NCBI GenBank assembly: GCA_002269645.1
Contig: NIVC01003157.1
Coordinates: forward strand, 1 to 64,000
Reading direction: 5' to 3'
Source of the DNA: Macrostomum lignano
Taxonomy: Eukaryota
DNA length: 64,000 nt
The notes below the pieces were generated by a model. The model was given only the letters and a program-made list of their open reading frames with translations. It was not told the DNA's origin and searched no databases. The position numbers and the translations under genes were made by a program. Below, one piece after another: positions 1 to 12,291 of the stretch (its first letter is position 1; each line of letters begins with the position of its first letter).

Positions 1-876
1 GCTCGCATCTAGGCTATCTCTTTTTAATCTGAGAAACAATGAACTGTGGCCCTTTGAATTCAATTCTACAGCAAGTCAATTGGAGTAAAAAGTTTATGAC
101 ATAATCAATTTCTCGGTCAGCCAGTATCAGTCCCAATTTAAGTTAGCAATATGGTTAGACGCAATTTCTATCAAGTAGTGTGTGCAATTCTTTGACACTG
201 TTTTCAACTTTTTGTGATGCAATCTTTATCACAATCGGAATTCAGCCAGTCAGTTTTTTCTCTAGCATTCTTACAATGCATTTCAAGTCAAAAATTGGCT
301 TGACCTTGCATAAAAGCATGTTTTTCGAATATATTTAATGCCTTTAACATTGAGCAATTTCTTAGCCAAGAAGCATGTACCGTCCCAGGAAAATTTCTGA
401 TCGAATGGTGCAAGTTTGAAGAAAATCGATTGAGCCGTTTTTTCTGAAATCCATCTCACAGAGACACACATTTCATTTTTCAGTATATAGGATATTAAAG
501 TCATGGTTGCTAAAGCGAATGCTTTGCGCTAATTTCTATACCAAAAACCGCCATTGGGACGGCATTGATGACGGAATAATGGCTGCAGATAGTGTGGATT
601 TGACGTGATGCTTTTTCCTTTCAGGTTAAATATCTGTCCAAGCTAGGTAACAATAAAATATCCAGCCCTTTTATATCTATCTGAGGTTAAACTTCTAAAT
701 TGTGCATGGTTAGGTTTTATCATAAAAGCTGAACTTTGCACAATACGATAATAATAATAACAATTGATTACACCTGCCCTAATGGGCAGATGTGCAACTG
801 ACAGCTCAGCCACAGTTATTGCGCCGCACACCTGAAGTCTGTCCAAGGACTGGGGAGTCCCCACACAAACCCTAAA

Positions 877-950
877 TTACCCGAGCTAATGCTGGCACCC
901 ATTTTACAGCTGGGTGGACTGAAGCAATGCAGAGTTGAAGTGTCTTGCTA
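877..950 (-). mobile_element. CORE-type SINE fragment
   Basis: Reverse complement of the CORE-like segment at 2580-2665 (gctaatgctggYacccattKtacagYtgRgtgRactgaagcaatgcagagtt). Confidence 0.55.
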
Positions 951-1020
951 CTAGCTTGTACTAGCTTACAATACAAAAACCTCTGTTACTAATGGGGTTC
1001 TCATCAGAGCAAAAGCTTAC

Positions 1021-1646
1021 ATCAATCTTGTAGAAGGTGAGCTCTTTCGGACGAATTGGTCGCAGAATGGTGAGAACGATAGTTTTCCCATCGGTATCCC
1101 AGGCTTTAAGCTCATACTCCGACTTTGGCTGCCGCTTTAGCGTCTTATCCTCGGTCACACGGAAGTCAGCAATGGTCAGCTTGCGGGTGGATAAGATAGG
1201 CTTAGTTGAAAAATAGGCTTTTTGTTGCAAATGTCTCGAGTGCATCCAAAACCTATGGGTCTATGGGTACGACGTATCCGTATGGGTGTCTCTACCTAAA
1301 TACTCGTAGTACTGTTGCACGTTATCGCTGAGTTCAGAAGCATGTATCAATATGGAATTTTCAAGCATTCATGAATCCTCACCAGCTCTGAAGCGTCAAT
1401 GTACACGATCCCAAAGTCGGCGCCTTCAACCTTGCCGCGGTCTGAGAAGCCCAGTCCAACGACGGTGGTGCCCTGTGGCACTTCTACATTAAAAACTATG
1501 AAATTTGCGCGCCAATTGAAATTCCAACTAAGTTGACAGCCGCCGCCCAAAGGTAGCTTATAGGGTAGCTTCTCTACCTGGCTTGGCGTGGAAGCATCTG
1601 CAGCTAAAGTCAGGCCAAAAATCAAAAGCAATGCTGTAGGCAGCAT
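1021..1646 (-). CDS. DBH: Dopamine/tyramine beta-hydroxylase-like monooxygenase, first two exons (signal peptide + DOMON domain); the rest lies left of the window
   Basis: Exon 1646-1383 (MLPTALLLIFGLTLAA...GLGFSDRGKVEGADFGIVY, donor GTGAGG) joins in phase 0 to exon 1179-1021 (LTIADFRVTED...EYEL...LTILRP...YKID, acceptor AAG, donor GTAAGC). It matches the DBH DOMON pattern FGMSDRGELENAD...QDYQL...LLFKRP...YLIE. DBH versus TBH cannot be resolved from this fragment. Confidence 0.75.
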
Positions 1647-2537
1647 GTGTCTATCTGTTTTGGAGAGACTAATTTCCTGCAATGCACAGAAGAAAACGGT
1701 CCGACAAACTCAGAGAAAAATGCTGTCTGATCGAAGGCGATTGCAGCTATTTATTCTTGGGCCTGTGCTATTTACATGCATTTGAGCTCCCATTCAGACA
1801 GCATTCTCAAGACTCAAATCATTTGGTCCAATCCCCGGTGAGAGATGGAATTGTTCCGGGTCAGTGCCAACTCAGTCAGCTCTGGTTGGCTTTCTGGGGA
1901 AATGAGACTTCCAGTTCAGTCTGTCGTCTGTTAATTAGCTGAAAATCCAGAAAGAAATGAAAGTTTAAGCTTCAAACCAAGAACTTATCAGCAGAATGGA
2001 CCAATGCCGATTGGCAAGCCATCATATCATGCAAGTTGAATCTCCATTAAAAAGTGGATGCTGATTAGCAACTTTCTCGAGAAGTTTCGAAAAACTATCG
2101 CCATCTTGCTATGACTTGAGGGTTAATCGAGGTGTTCGACAGTTCTCAAGGTTTTAGAGATAAAGTAACTAATGCTCAGTGTTCACGGTTGAGTTTGCTA
2201 AGACCCGCCACTACAGGGTAGGTGTCTTCATGATGCCGCGTTCCAAAAACGATAATATCTGTCATCTAGAAACTATATGATTATATGGCTCGTATGATAT
2301 GCGTCTTCATAATGAGAAACCTTAAATAAATTTCACTCTCAAAGCAGCTCTGACGCTGATGCACATTCCTGATCCAGCTATGTAAAAGCTATTCATCGAA
2401 AACTTCAACTGATTTTTATCATCTAACAGAAGAAATGATTCTCTAAGCAGTGTAGACAATACTTGTAGACTTTTTGCAGCTAGGTTGGCTTGCACGAGTG
2501 TATGGAGCTAGTGATTTTTCATTTGTGTATGTTTCTA

Positions 2538-2670
2538 GGTTGTAGCTTAATGGTAGGTCGTAATCCACTCGGAACAATTTGTGTCCTTGAGCAAGATACA
2601 GTTATGTAACTCTGCATTGCTTCAGTTCACTCAACTGTACAATGGGTACCAGCATTAGCTGGGGTAATTG
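2538..2670 (+). mobile_element. tRNA-derived CORE-type SINE
   Basis: A-box-like TAGCTTAATGG at 2543-2553, followed by tgtgtccttgagcaaga...ctctgcattgcttcagttcactcaactgtacaatgggtacc, which resembles the CORE domain (tgtgaccttgggcaagtcacttaacctct...cagtttcctcatctgtaaaatgggg). A second copy is at 877-950. Confidence 0.6.
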
Positions 2671-3629
2671 CGGGTGTGTGGCGACCCGCAGCAAGGACTA
2701 ATTAAGTAGATATATAAATTATTTCAGTCGTCCTTGCCCCGCAGCCGCAGTCCTTGGACTGAATAGCCGTCAGCCTGCAGATACGCCGCGCAATACCTGC
2801 GGCTGAGCTGTCGGTCGCATGCACATCTGCTTATTAGGACAGGTGTAATCATGATTATTAATACTTATTATTAACGCGAATATCTATCAATCAATTAGAC
2901 TAAAAAACTAAAAGATGCATGCAAGTAACATCATTTTAAGCACAGCTTGTGCCTGCTGACTTCAAGATAGTTCGTACGATCGTATCAAGAACCTTGCCAT
3001 CATACGAATGCTTCGCACAGTGCAGATATGGGCTGATAAGAGCTGAAGATGGCTACAGAGAAAATAACCAATGCATTAATGCCAACGGGTCCTGAGAGAA
3101 TTGATTTGGAAAAAAGATCCTGTCAGCTTATGTCAGAAACAGATTTCCAGTAATGGACGGTGGAAGGTGTTTTCTCAACATTCTGATACAGGATAAGCGC
3201 TCCGTATTTTAACTCGCCACTCCAACAACTTACGTCATGTGCAGTGAATAAATGAATGCAAATCGCTTAGGACTACGCCTCTTGGAGTATCGAAGGCACT
3301 GCACTCATTTTCAGATAATAGTTAATACATTTACGTACATGTACATGTACATCCTGCAGCATATAAGAAGTAGTCAATCATGTGAATGTTGCCAAATTGT
3401 AATCAGTTCGAAAACCTAAAAAGAAATTCAGAAACTGGGCTCTCTCATCCGTAGAGTATCTTCTTATTAGCTTTCTTAGATCGATCTACAGACTTACGCG
3501 TCAATAGCGCGGACATGCGTGGTATAATAAACAAGTTAAATCCACTGTTGAATTGTAGCACGAGTACCATTCGCCTAATTTCAATAATCTGGGGGCACCA
3601 ACGGACCTTCAAGTTAAGATCTACTGCCG

Positions 3630-3850
3630 TTGCATGAACGGGCGGGCGGCATTGCTGCCTCGCTGCAAAGAATTCATCTACCAAGTGCCAAGCATCACGG
3701 ACGACATGCATGGCACGGCGCAGGGCGCTTGCCTGGGGGGCATTCCGTACCGTGCGGACTGTCCCCGCGCTGCCGGATCGTCTGAGAGGGCGGCTGTTCC
3801 AGGCCGTCATAGAAACCGGCAACTCGCTCATGCTGGACTTCTGTGAGCCG
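3630..3850 (+). mobile_element. Degenerate RTE-clade non-LTR retrotransposon fragment (RT C-terminus)
   Basis: Frameshifted LLPRCKEFIYQ...RRALAWGAFRTVR...LRGRLFQAVIET, similar to the RTE pattern DFKYLGS...RKALAW...KIRLF.A.VES. Confidence 0.5.
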
Positions 3851-4149
3851 CATTCGGTGACCACTACTCGCCGACCGCCACCACCAACACCAGCAATGAC
3901 GAGCCATCCCGACGGCCCAGCTAATCCCGACCTAGCCAGCTGCTACGCATCCGGCGCCTACAGCTGGCCGCCACGTCATCCGAGCAGAGTAGTACTGCCC
4001 TGAGTCGCTGCAGGACGTGCTGCTACTCTCCCTTCAAGAGCCTCGACTTCTCGCGGCTTGGTCAGGCGAGAAGTCTGCGTTTCGTCGACCTGCTTCTAAG
4101 AGACGATAAGATATCTGACTCTCGTGTACTCGCTGTTCTACGCAACTTT

Positions 4150-4860
4150 GCGCTTGCGCGCGCGTTTTGACAGCAGCCCAGCCTGGCTTGTCCCGGGCTG
4201 CTGTAGCTTGATATTGTTGCTGTTGTCGTTGCTGTTGTTGGTCGGCAACTTCTCGGGGTAGTGCACGCCTAGGGCGTAGCGCAGCAGGGACCTGTAGAGC
4301 GCGTCCAGGGCTCGCTCTCGTGTGTCAGTCATCGGCACCGCTTCCATGCCGTACAAGAGGATCGGCTCGGCTCCACGGCCGCGGGAAAGAGGGTAAGCGC
4401 ACCTTCAGCTCGTCCCTCGCAGCTGAGCTGAAGACGTTCCTGAGCAGTCGCGAAGCGCGCCAGGCCTGATTCCTCCTGTCGGAGACAATGGAGTCCGGAC
4501 TCGTTGCTAGCGATCCGAGATACCGGAAGTCTTCGCGCACCACGATGGCGTTTCCGTTGGGCAGCGAAAGTGCCGGAGCGGTGTCAGTGCCACGTGCATC
4601 ACCTCTTGTCTTGGGCACGTTGATAACCAGCCACCCGATCGCCCTACACACAGAGCCGGGGATGAGCGCGTTGGGCAGCAGCTGGGTTGTGACAGAGCAG
4701 CGCGATGTCATTGGTGTGCGTGAGAGCAGGCAACAAAACAGCAGGATGTCGGGAGCTTCGGCGTGGGACCAGCAAGTAGCTGTCGTCTCGTCCTCTTGAA
4801 GGGAGCGGCGCAGCACGTAATGCATGATAAAGAGCAGGGGAGCTAGCGTGTCTTGCTAAG
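4150..4860 (-). mobile_element. Degenerate RTE-clade non-LTR retrotransposon (RT domain, frameshifted)
   Basis: Spread over three frames: SRRHPAVLLPALTHTNDIALL (decayed YADD region), VVREDFRYLGS...RRNQAWRA...ELKVRL, and LYGMEAVPMTDTRERALDALYRSLLRYALGVHY. Confidence 0.75.
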
Positions 4861-4923
4861 TTGTAATTATTGAATGACAATGGCTAAAAACAAAGTTAAA
4901 AATTGTTTAAACACAAAACAAAC

Positions 4924-5543
4924 TTAAATAGTTATACTGGTTTTTTTCTTGGAAGATGCGAACCGATTCAGGATCTGAAATCGTAATGTGAAAAGCCGGA
5001 ATTTTATTTTATTGTTTTTTTAGTCACAGGTTGTTTTTTAATTTGTTAAAGGCATTAAACTTGCCAATAAAAACTCTTCGCTGAAGTGGATCAATCTTAG
5101 GCGCCCTAACGAATCATTCGCCGAAATGGCCAGATTTAGAAGAAATAGCCAATAGGCCTAGTCTCTGCAAAAGCCCCTTCTGGTAAAGTGTAAAAAGCTA
5201 CCCAGATTTTCGCAGAAAACATTACCTGAAAATTTTCTGTCAGATTTGCAGTGTCTTGTTAAAAACTGTGGTCTCTGTTAAAAAAGCTAGTAAATAAAAA
5301 TTACTAGTAAAATGCGATCTTAATTTTTATTTCTGGCTGGTAAAAAGCAAGGTAAGACTTTACCCTAAAAACTTACCCGTAATTACCAGGTCCTTACCTG
5401 TAATTACCCAAACAAATAACGCTGCGATATTGTTTATTTGTTTACGCTATTTAGGCGTCTATCAATGAGGCTTTTCATATTACCAATTCCAGAATCAGAA
5501 TCGGTTCGGATCTTCCAAGAAAAACAGCAGTATAACTATTTAA
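4924..5543. mobile_element. MITE-like element with ~75-bp imperfect inverted repeats
   Basis: 4924-4997 (ttaaatagttatactg...cttggaagatgcgaaccgattc...gaaaagcc) is the reverse complement of 5469-5543. Confidence 0.55.
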
Positions 5544-6981
5544 TTCTGTTGAATGTTTGGCTGCCTTAACAACCTCAGCACAATTTTTCACTTTCTTCTT
5601 GGCGATTGTCATTCAATAATAAAAACTTTATAGCTCGTATCTCCCTCTAGTTATGGAGACAAAAAGTTATACTTTACAAATTGGTTCTGGACCAGAACAA
5701 GCAATATGAAAAGGCACGAAGTACTACCACTTTTGTTTAAATTTATCGCGATTTTTAAAACTAGCGCCGAATTATAAAAATCGTAAAGTAAAAATCGTAA
5801 TGTAAAAAAATTAAATGTAAATGTCAGGAATGACTATAAAATATAACTACCTTTTAGTGATGAAAATGCCTTATCATCTAATTAGTTATTGTATTAGTGG
5901 TACACATTAATTTACTGACAAGATTCAATTTATCTCAAGCTTATAATATTATATTTATCTATCTAAATTGAATTGAAATTAGAATTGAGCTTAATTCTTA
6001 TATATCTAATCTAACTAATTCCAATTACTAATACTAGAACTAATATTATGTTTGTGCAATTTGATAACTTTACTGTATATAGTGCATATTGCATTTGCAT
6101 TTTGAAAAAAAACAAAGTAATGATTATACTTAGGCCCTAAACAATGATTACCTATCTAAAAGTTTCTGCAACTTTAAGTTGAATGCCTCAAAGGTCCTAA
6201 AGTTAAGTAACTTTCTTTACTTAAAAACACTTATAAAGTATGTTACTACAAAAACAAACAATTGTAAAAACAAACAATATGACATTAAATTTTGTGTTCT
6301 CATTTGTGTTCTCACTTTGTTTTTTTGATTTTTTTATATTTGGAAGCATATTTGGAAATTGGAAAATGAAATTTCTGAATACAAAACATTCTGATTTCTA
6401 TAAAAATGAGACTTTTTTTCAATTCGGATTCCAAATTTGAATATTTAGATCCATTGCTATTGATAGCACATGTGACCTAGAAGGCCATATAGCAGAGCCA
6501 TAGCACTTTGACTAGGGGGCCTAGAACTTTGTTGGGGCCAAACGCCTTGCCACCTGATGTTTTTTGAGTGAATAGCCCAATGTCTATTGTGGTGACTGAG
6601 CTTGTATAGAAGTCTTTAATCCTCAGCTAGGAGGGGCATATCCAGTGAGAATGCAAAACTAGCAAGCAACAACAATGCAGATGAGCTTATAATGCCAACA
6701 AAAAAGTTGCACAATTCATTCTTGCATTCCTCTAGGGTGTCAATGGCTAGGTTTAGTGCCACATGCTTTTTGTGCCCTATCAGAGTCTAGATAGCTATTT
6801 ACATTGCTGGGCTAGGCTGGCTAGCTGCAGTGATAGACCTAATGGCATTGTTGATAGTAGCCTACTGCCGCTTATCTAGAAGATGCTCAAATGTTTCTTC
6901 AGTGTAGCCTATGGGCTGCTAGTTTCTATGGAGCTGCTTGATATAGAGCCATACTTGCTTGATAGTTAGGTTGCTCTAATA

Positions 6982-8160
6982 GGGGGGGGGGGGTTCACAA
7001 ACTCGAAATTTCACAACGTCGAAAGTACCCTCTTTCATAAGGTCAAAATTTCACAAGGTCGAAATTTCATAACATCAAAAACTTGAAAAGCAGCCACTTT
7101 CATAAGGTTGAAATTTCACAAGGTCGAAATTTCACAACATCGAAAACTTTAGCAAGAGACTTCATAAGGTCGAAATTTCACAAGATCAAAATTTCACAAC
7201 ATCGAAAACTTTGACTTCATAAGGTCGAAATTTCACAAGGTCGAAAACTCAAATAGCAGCCACTTTCATAAGATCGAAATTTTACAATGTAAAAACTGAG
7301 AATTTAGCAGCCTCAAGTATGAAAAGATCAAAATTTTACAATGTAGAAAACTAAAGTCTTTATTGTGTCAATGTTTATATCATTATTTTTTGTTTTAATA
7401 GCTTTGGTTCAAAGAAGTTTTTAATCACTTCTTTAAGTAGTTCAACGTCAAGGAGTGCTAAGTGCTCTGCTAAGTGTGTTATCACTACTGGGACAATGGG
7501 TTAGTTTACATAAGCTGTAAGTTTAGCTATATAGTTGGGAAGCATTTTGGAATTAGGCCTAGAGCAGTAAAAAGCACCTAAAATTTGGTATCAGAAGTAG
7601 GATAAAATTAGGAGAAAAGAGAAAAACTTTGAAAAGAGAAAAAAGCCCTATAACTTTGGCAATGACTGGTTAGGATAAATTAGACTGTGACAAACAGAAA
7701 AACACCTACAACATATAATATATAGGCCTACTAAACAACAATAGAATATAGAAAAGCCTCGAAGGCTTACAACTATTAAGTCTTCTGCTAGAGTTTTCGA
7801 TGTTATGAAATTTCGACCTTGTGAAAGTGGCTGCTATTTGAGTTTCAATGTTATGAAATTTCGACCTTATGAAAGTGGCTGCTTTTGGAGTTTTTGATGT
7901 TGTGAAATTTCGACCTTGTGAAATTTCGACCTTATGAAGTCTCTTGCTAAAGTTTTCAATGTTGTGAAATTTCGACCTTATGAAAGTGGCTGCTTTTCGA
8001 GTTTTCAATGTTGTGAAATTTTGACCTTGTGAAATTTTGACCTTATGAAGTCTTCTGCTAGAGTTTTCGATGTTGTGAAATTTCGACCTTGTGAAATTTC
8101 AACCTTGTGCAATAATTTGCTTTTCGACGTTGTGAAATTTTGACCTTGTGAAAGCACCCC
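6982..8160. mobile_element. Foldback-type non-autonomous DNA transposon with internally repetitive long TIRs and 8-bp TSD
   Basis: The left arm (~6982-7340) and right arm (~7790-8160) are inverted arrays of gaaatttcacaaggtc/ttcataaggtc modules. Termini are GGGG...CCCC. An exact direct repeat CTCTAATA lies at 6974-6981 and 8161-8168. Confidence 0.8.
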
Positions 8161-8717
8161 CTCTAATAGACAGGCAGCAATTTTTATACTAGCCATATCA
8201 ATGGGACCATTTGCTCTGTAGTGGCTCTAATGGCAGTGCTAATATTAGAATACTCCGCCTTGTATTAATCTCTATAATAGATCTCCTGATCTCTATAATA
8301 GCCATAATAGAAACCTACAGCAAGATGAGGTCCAGTTCTAGGCTGTGGGCTAGCTAGACAAAGATGGTGCAATACTAGGGGGCCTTCAAAGTTTGATAGT
8401 TCATTGTGCCAAGTCTGAGGTGTCCATCTGGTACAGCTAGGGCCAGATGGAGGTTGGCCTCATGATCCCTAGCACCACCCAGCAGATCTATAGTTGAAGT
8501 TGTAAGGACTAAAAATGATAGGCACCTGGCTGCGCCACAGAGCCACCCTTGCCAGTTGCACTCAGTACAACATTGTGTGCTGTGCCAACCTTTGTAAGTG
8601 CCTGCTATGCTGAACTTTGCTGCTGTAGCCAAGGCGCAGCTGTCTGAGCCAATTGAGGTTGTCTGCAGCTTGATGATCTGGCCATAATACCAGGTGTCTG
8701 TACTATTTGCATGGGTA

Positions 8718-9076
8718 TGCAAATATAATGGCTCGGCAAATGTAATGGCTCTGCAAAAATTATGGCCTTGCAAATATAATGACTCTGCAAATATCATGGC
8801 TCTACAAATATAATGGCTCTGCAAATATAATAGCTCTACAAATATAATGGCTCTACAAATATAATGGCTCTGCAAATATAATAGCTCTACAAATATAATG
8901 GCTCTGCAAATATAATAGCTCTACAAATATAATGGCTCTACAAATATAATGGCTCTGCAAATATAATAGCTCTACAAATATAATGGCTCTACAAATATAA
9001 TGTCTGCAAAAATAATGGCCTTGCAAATATAATGACTGCAAATATAATGACCCTGCAAATATAATGGCTCTGCAAA
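8718..9076. repeat. 17-bp minisatellite (aaatataatggctctRc)
   Basis: About 20 tandem units visible directly. It generates the spurious minus-strand repeat ORFs. Confidence 0.9.
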
Positions 9077-9397
9077 TATTTGTAGTTAAAGGAACTTTTC
9101 TACACTTTAAAAATAGCAATTCAAAAACTTGACTATTAAAAATTGACATATATTTATTTACATATATTAGAGCCATATATATATTGCTATTGCCACATGT
9201 GGCTATAATTTTAATGCAATCAAACTAGAGTAGGTGCAAGGTAGATAAATAAAAAACTATATTTCTGACAATTTAACAATAACAAATCATTTTACAGCTT
9301 TTTCTCTAATCTACTTTATTTTATGCAAGTTTAATTTGTACAAGTAAGCAATTATATTTGCTGCTTATAATTAAGGAAACTAAAAGCAAAACACAAC

Positions 9398-11951
9398 ATG
9401 GGACCTATTTCAAGACAGTCAGTAAGCAGCCGATCCAGTACTAGCAGCATTGTCAAAGGCCGCGCAGCCAGTGTCAGACAGCAGGCTCTGCAAAATCGAA
9501 TGCGCCAGAGGCCTTTCGCTGAGAAGCTTGACGCCGTTAGCGCAGCGGCGGCCGCAGCTGCTGCTACAGCCGCTGGCTATGGGCGCCAAGGTTCCCCGCT
9601 TGTCTTCGATGTAGCCCTAGAGTCGCGGAAGCGCCTGGCCACGCCGCGCGTTGTTGTCGCCGCCACTGAGGCAGCCGGGCGTAGAAAGCAGCAGCCGCCA
9701 ACGCCGTCGTCTTCAACTCTGGCCGAGCCGCTGACTGCGCGCAAGTCCAGCGACCTCAAGCGCATCCGCAATCCGGAGCTGCGCGCCCTGGCGCTGGTCA
9801 ATTCGCCAATGATCGATTCTCGGCGACAGCAGCAGCGGCGCTCCACCCTGTCTGGCCGGTCGCCTGCACCGGCGCCTCAGCAGCGGCAAATCGAATCGGC
9901 TGCTGCTGCCGGGGCCGACTTGGCCGAAGTGAAGGCGGCTATTGAGACCGGGGACGAATGCGAACGGGTGACTCGGGCCTACCTAATGATGCTGCACCAG
10001 CAGTGGGAGTACTTTAGGTGAGTACGCTTTTCTCTATGCTTCAAGAAGTTTCCGGACTGTGTTCACTGTGGACAGCAGGATTTTTTAAATAAGTTAAACT
10101 TTTACCTGAGAAAGCTGTACCCAAGAAATGTACCCATTTTGAAGTTTGCAGTTTTTTATGCAGGTAAAACGGCATATTGGTGTCAAAAAGCGTCCTCGGT
10201 ATGTCTTGAAACGGCATTTAAATTAGCTAATAAGGGAATAAATTATTGAACCACCATAGAGTCCATAGATAAAAACCATAGACCCTCTGCAAACTTCAAA
10301 ATCGTGTTAGAAATTTCTTGGGTACAGTTTTGAAATGCTCATAACTTTTGGCGGGCACGTGGTATTGCTGTGAAATTTATGCTTTAATAAAACAGACGTG
10401 AAAAAGAATATCAAGAAGGTATGAAAGTAAGGTTGGAGGCTGTTGCTAAATTAAATGCAAAAAGTTGTGTTTATAGTAATAAACTTCTTGCAATGCTTTT
10501 CAGACAGCTGATTGGCGATTGGCGCGAAGTTCTTTCAACGGAATCTGCCTCAATACCGGAAGCTGGTCAAGGCAGCATTCGCACCGCCATTGGTATGGCG
10601 GAACTGCTCAGCAAAAAGAAGTTTCCATTCTTTGAAGGCATGCTAAAAAAGTGCGTCAACGCTCCGCCGAACGATGCAGAGAATACGGAGCCAGACGCTA
10701 CGCTGCCAATCCTTCCTGGCGATGTGACTGGCTACTGGACTTTGGTTGAGCGGGAAATTGACAACGTCAAGGCTGAATTTGCCAGCCTGGAGGCCGATCG
10801 CAGCGCCGGATGGCCAGCCAAAGCACCCGTGAAGCCGGCTCCGGCAAAGACTGCGCCGGGTAAGCAGCCACGACAGCCACCTCGGACAAAGACTGCTGGG
10901 GCAGCCAAGGCAAAGTCGCGATTTGCCGAATTCCGCAAAAAACACCTGCTGACAATGTCTACTACAGGCGTTGGTGCTATCTCATCTCCCATGGTTAGTT
11001 TTGCTACTACTTCAAGGTCAGGCTCCGTCTCCGCACGCAAGTCCTTCGCGGCCAAGACACCCGGAACCAGAACACCTTCCCAGAGAGTTTCTTCGGCACG
11101 AACTCCTGCAACAAAGACACTCGTGCAAAATTTTCACGGTCGTGGCACTCCTGAAATAAAAAATTCGGAAAGAAGGACGTCTAGAAGAGTGACAGCTGGA
11201 GCGAAGACTCCAGGCAAGGAGTCAGGAGGAGCGAAGACTCCAGGCAAGGAGTCAGGAGGAGCGAAGACTCCAGGCAAGGAGTCAGGAGGAGCGAAGACTC
11301 CAGGCAAGGAGTCAGGAGGAGCGAAGACTCCAAGCAAGGAGTCAGGAGGAGCGAAGACTCCAGGCAAGGAGTCAGGAGGGCGAAGACTCCAGGCAAGGAT
11401 TCAGGAGGAGCGAAGACTCCAGGCAAGGAGTCAGGAGGGCGAAGACTCCAGGCAAGGAGTCAGGAGCGAAGACTCCAGGCAAGGAGTCAGGAGGAGCGAA
11501 GACTCCAGGCAAGGAGTCAGGAGGAGCGAAGACTCCAGGCAAGGAGTCAGGAGGGGCGAAGACTCCAGGCAAGGAGTCAGGAGGAGCGAAGACTCCAGGC
11601 AAGGAGTCAGGAGGGGCGAAGACTCCAGTCGCAGTTTCAGGCTCGCAGTCTTCAGTAAATGCTAGAATTGAGACATTTGAAGCGAGGATTTCCGCCACAA
11701 AGCGGACCACCTCGTCAGCCAAAGACGCGCCTGAGAAGTCGCCAGCTACCGCAGCTAAAAGGCGGCGCTCAACTAGCAAGTCGGTGTCCTTTAACGCCGT
11801 CTGTTCGCAATCTGCCGACGCCAGCCTCGGGGATCGAGTTGAGCGGCAGCTGACGCCGTATCCGACCCGGCAGTCCGCCCGCCGGCGCCAGGCTAACTTG
11901 GGCTCTGATCAGCCCCTGGTTGCTACCATGGAAGCGCTGGAAGATGATTAA
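9398..11951 (+). CDS. DLGAP5: GKAP/SAPAP-domain protein, DLGAP5/HURP/Mars-like spindle protein (2 exons; two 1-nt deletions in the coding minisatellite as assembled)
   Basis: Exon 9398-10017 (donor AG|GTGAGT) joins in phase 2 to exon 10504-11951 (acceptor ttttcag). GKAP domain: IPEAGQGSIRTAIGMAELLSKKKFPFFEGML...GDVTGYWTLVEREIDNVKAEFASLEADRSAGW. The basic, S/T-P-rich termini favour DLGAP5 over SAPAP1-4. Restoring the KTP frame continues the ORF to ...MEALEDD* at 11951. Confidence 0.75.
10115..10327. mobile_element. Small MITE in the DLGAP5-like intron
   Basis: ctgtacccaagaaat...ttttgaagtttgcag (10115-10150) is inverted as ctgcaaacttcaaaa...atttcttgggtacag (10287-10327). Confidence 0.5.
11198..11628 (+). 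repeat. 30-bp coding minisatellite encoding (GAKTPGKESG)n
   Basis: 15 KTP-containing units counted; unit gcgaagactccaggcaaggagtcaggagga. Confidence 0.9.
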
Positions 11952-12291
11952 GTTGCTGAGTTATAAAAGTGGAGACCAATCGCTGCTAATTATAATAAAC
12001 ATTAAGGCCTTTTGACCCTAATTAATTAGGTAATAGCAACTTTATTATGTATTGCGTAGCGTCATGTGTCACAGTTGTACTTTAATTTTCATCCAAGACG
12101 AAAAGCGGTTAGTGCGCGAATGATGAAGCAAAAGGAAGCAAAGCATAAGTTTGAACGTATTCTATATATTAGCAGGTATGCTAAAATCTTTAGTTCTACA
12201 CCTGATTTTCCTTGGATGAATTCCAGTTTCATTTTCTATGCTACGTCCAAACATTCAAAATTCGCATTTGACGACTTCGGAACATCATAAA

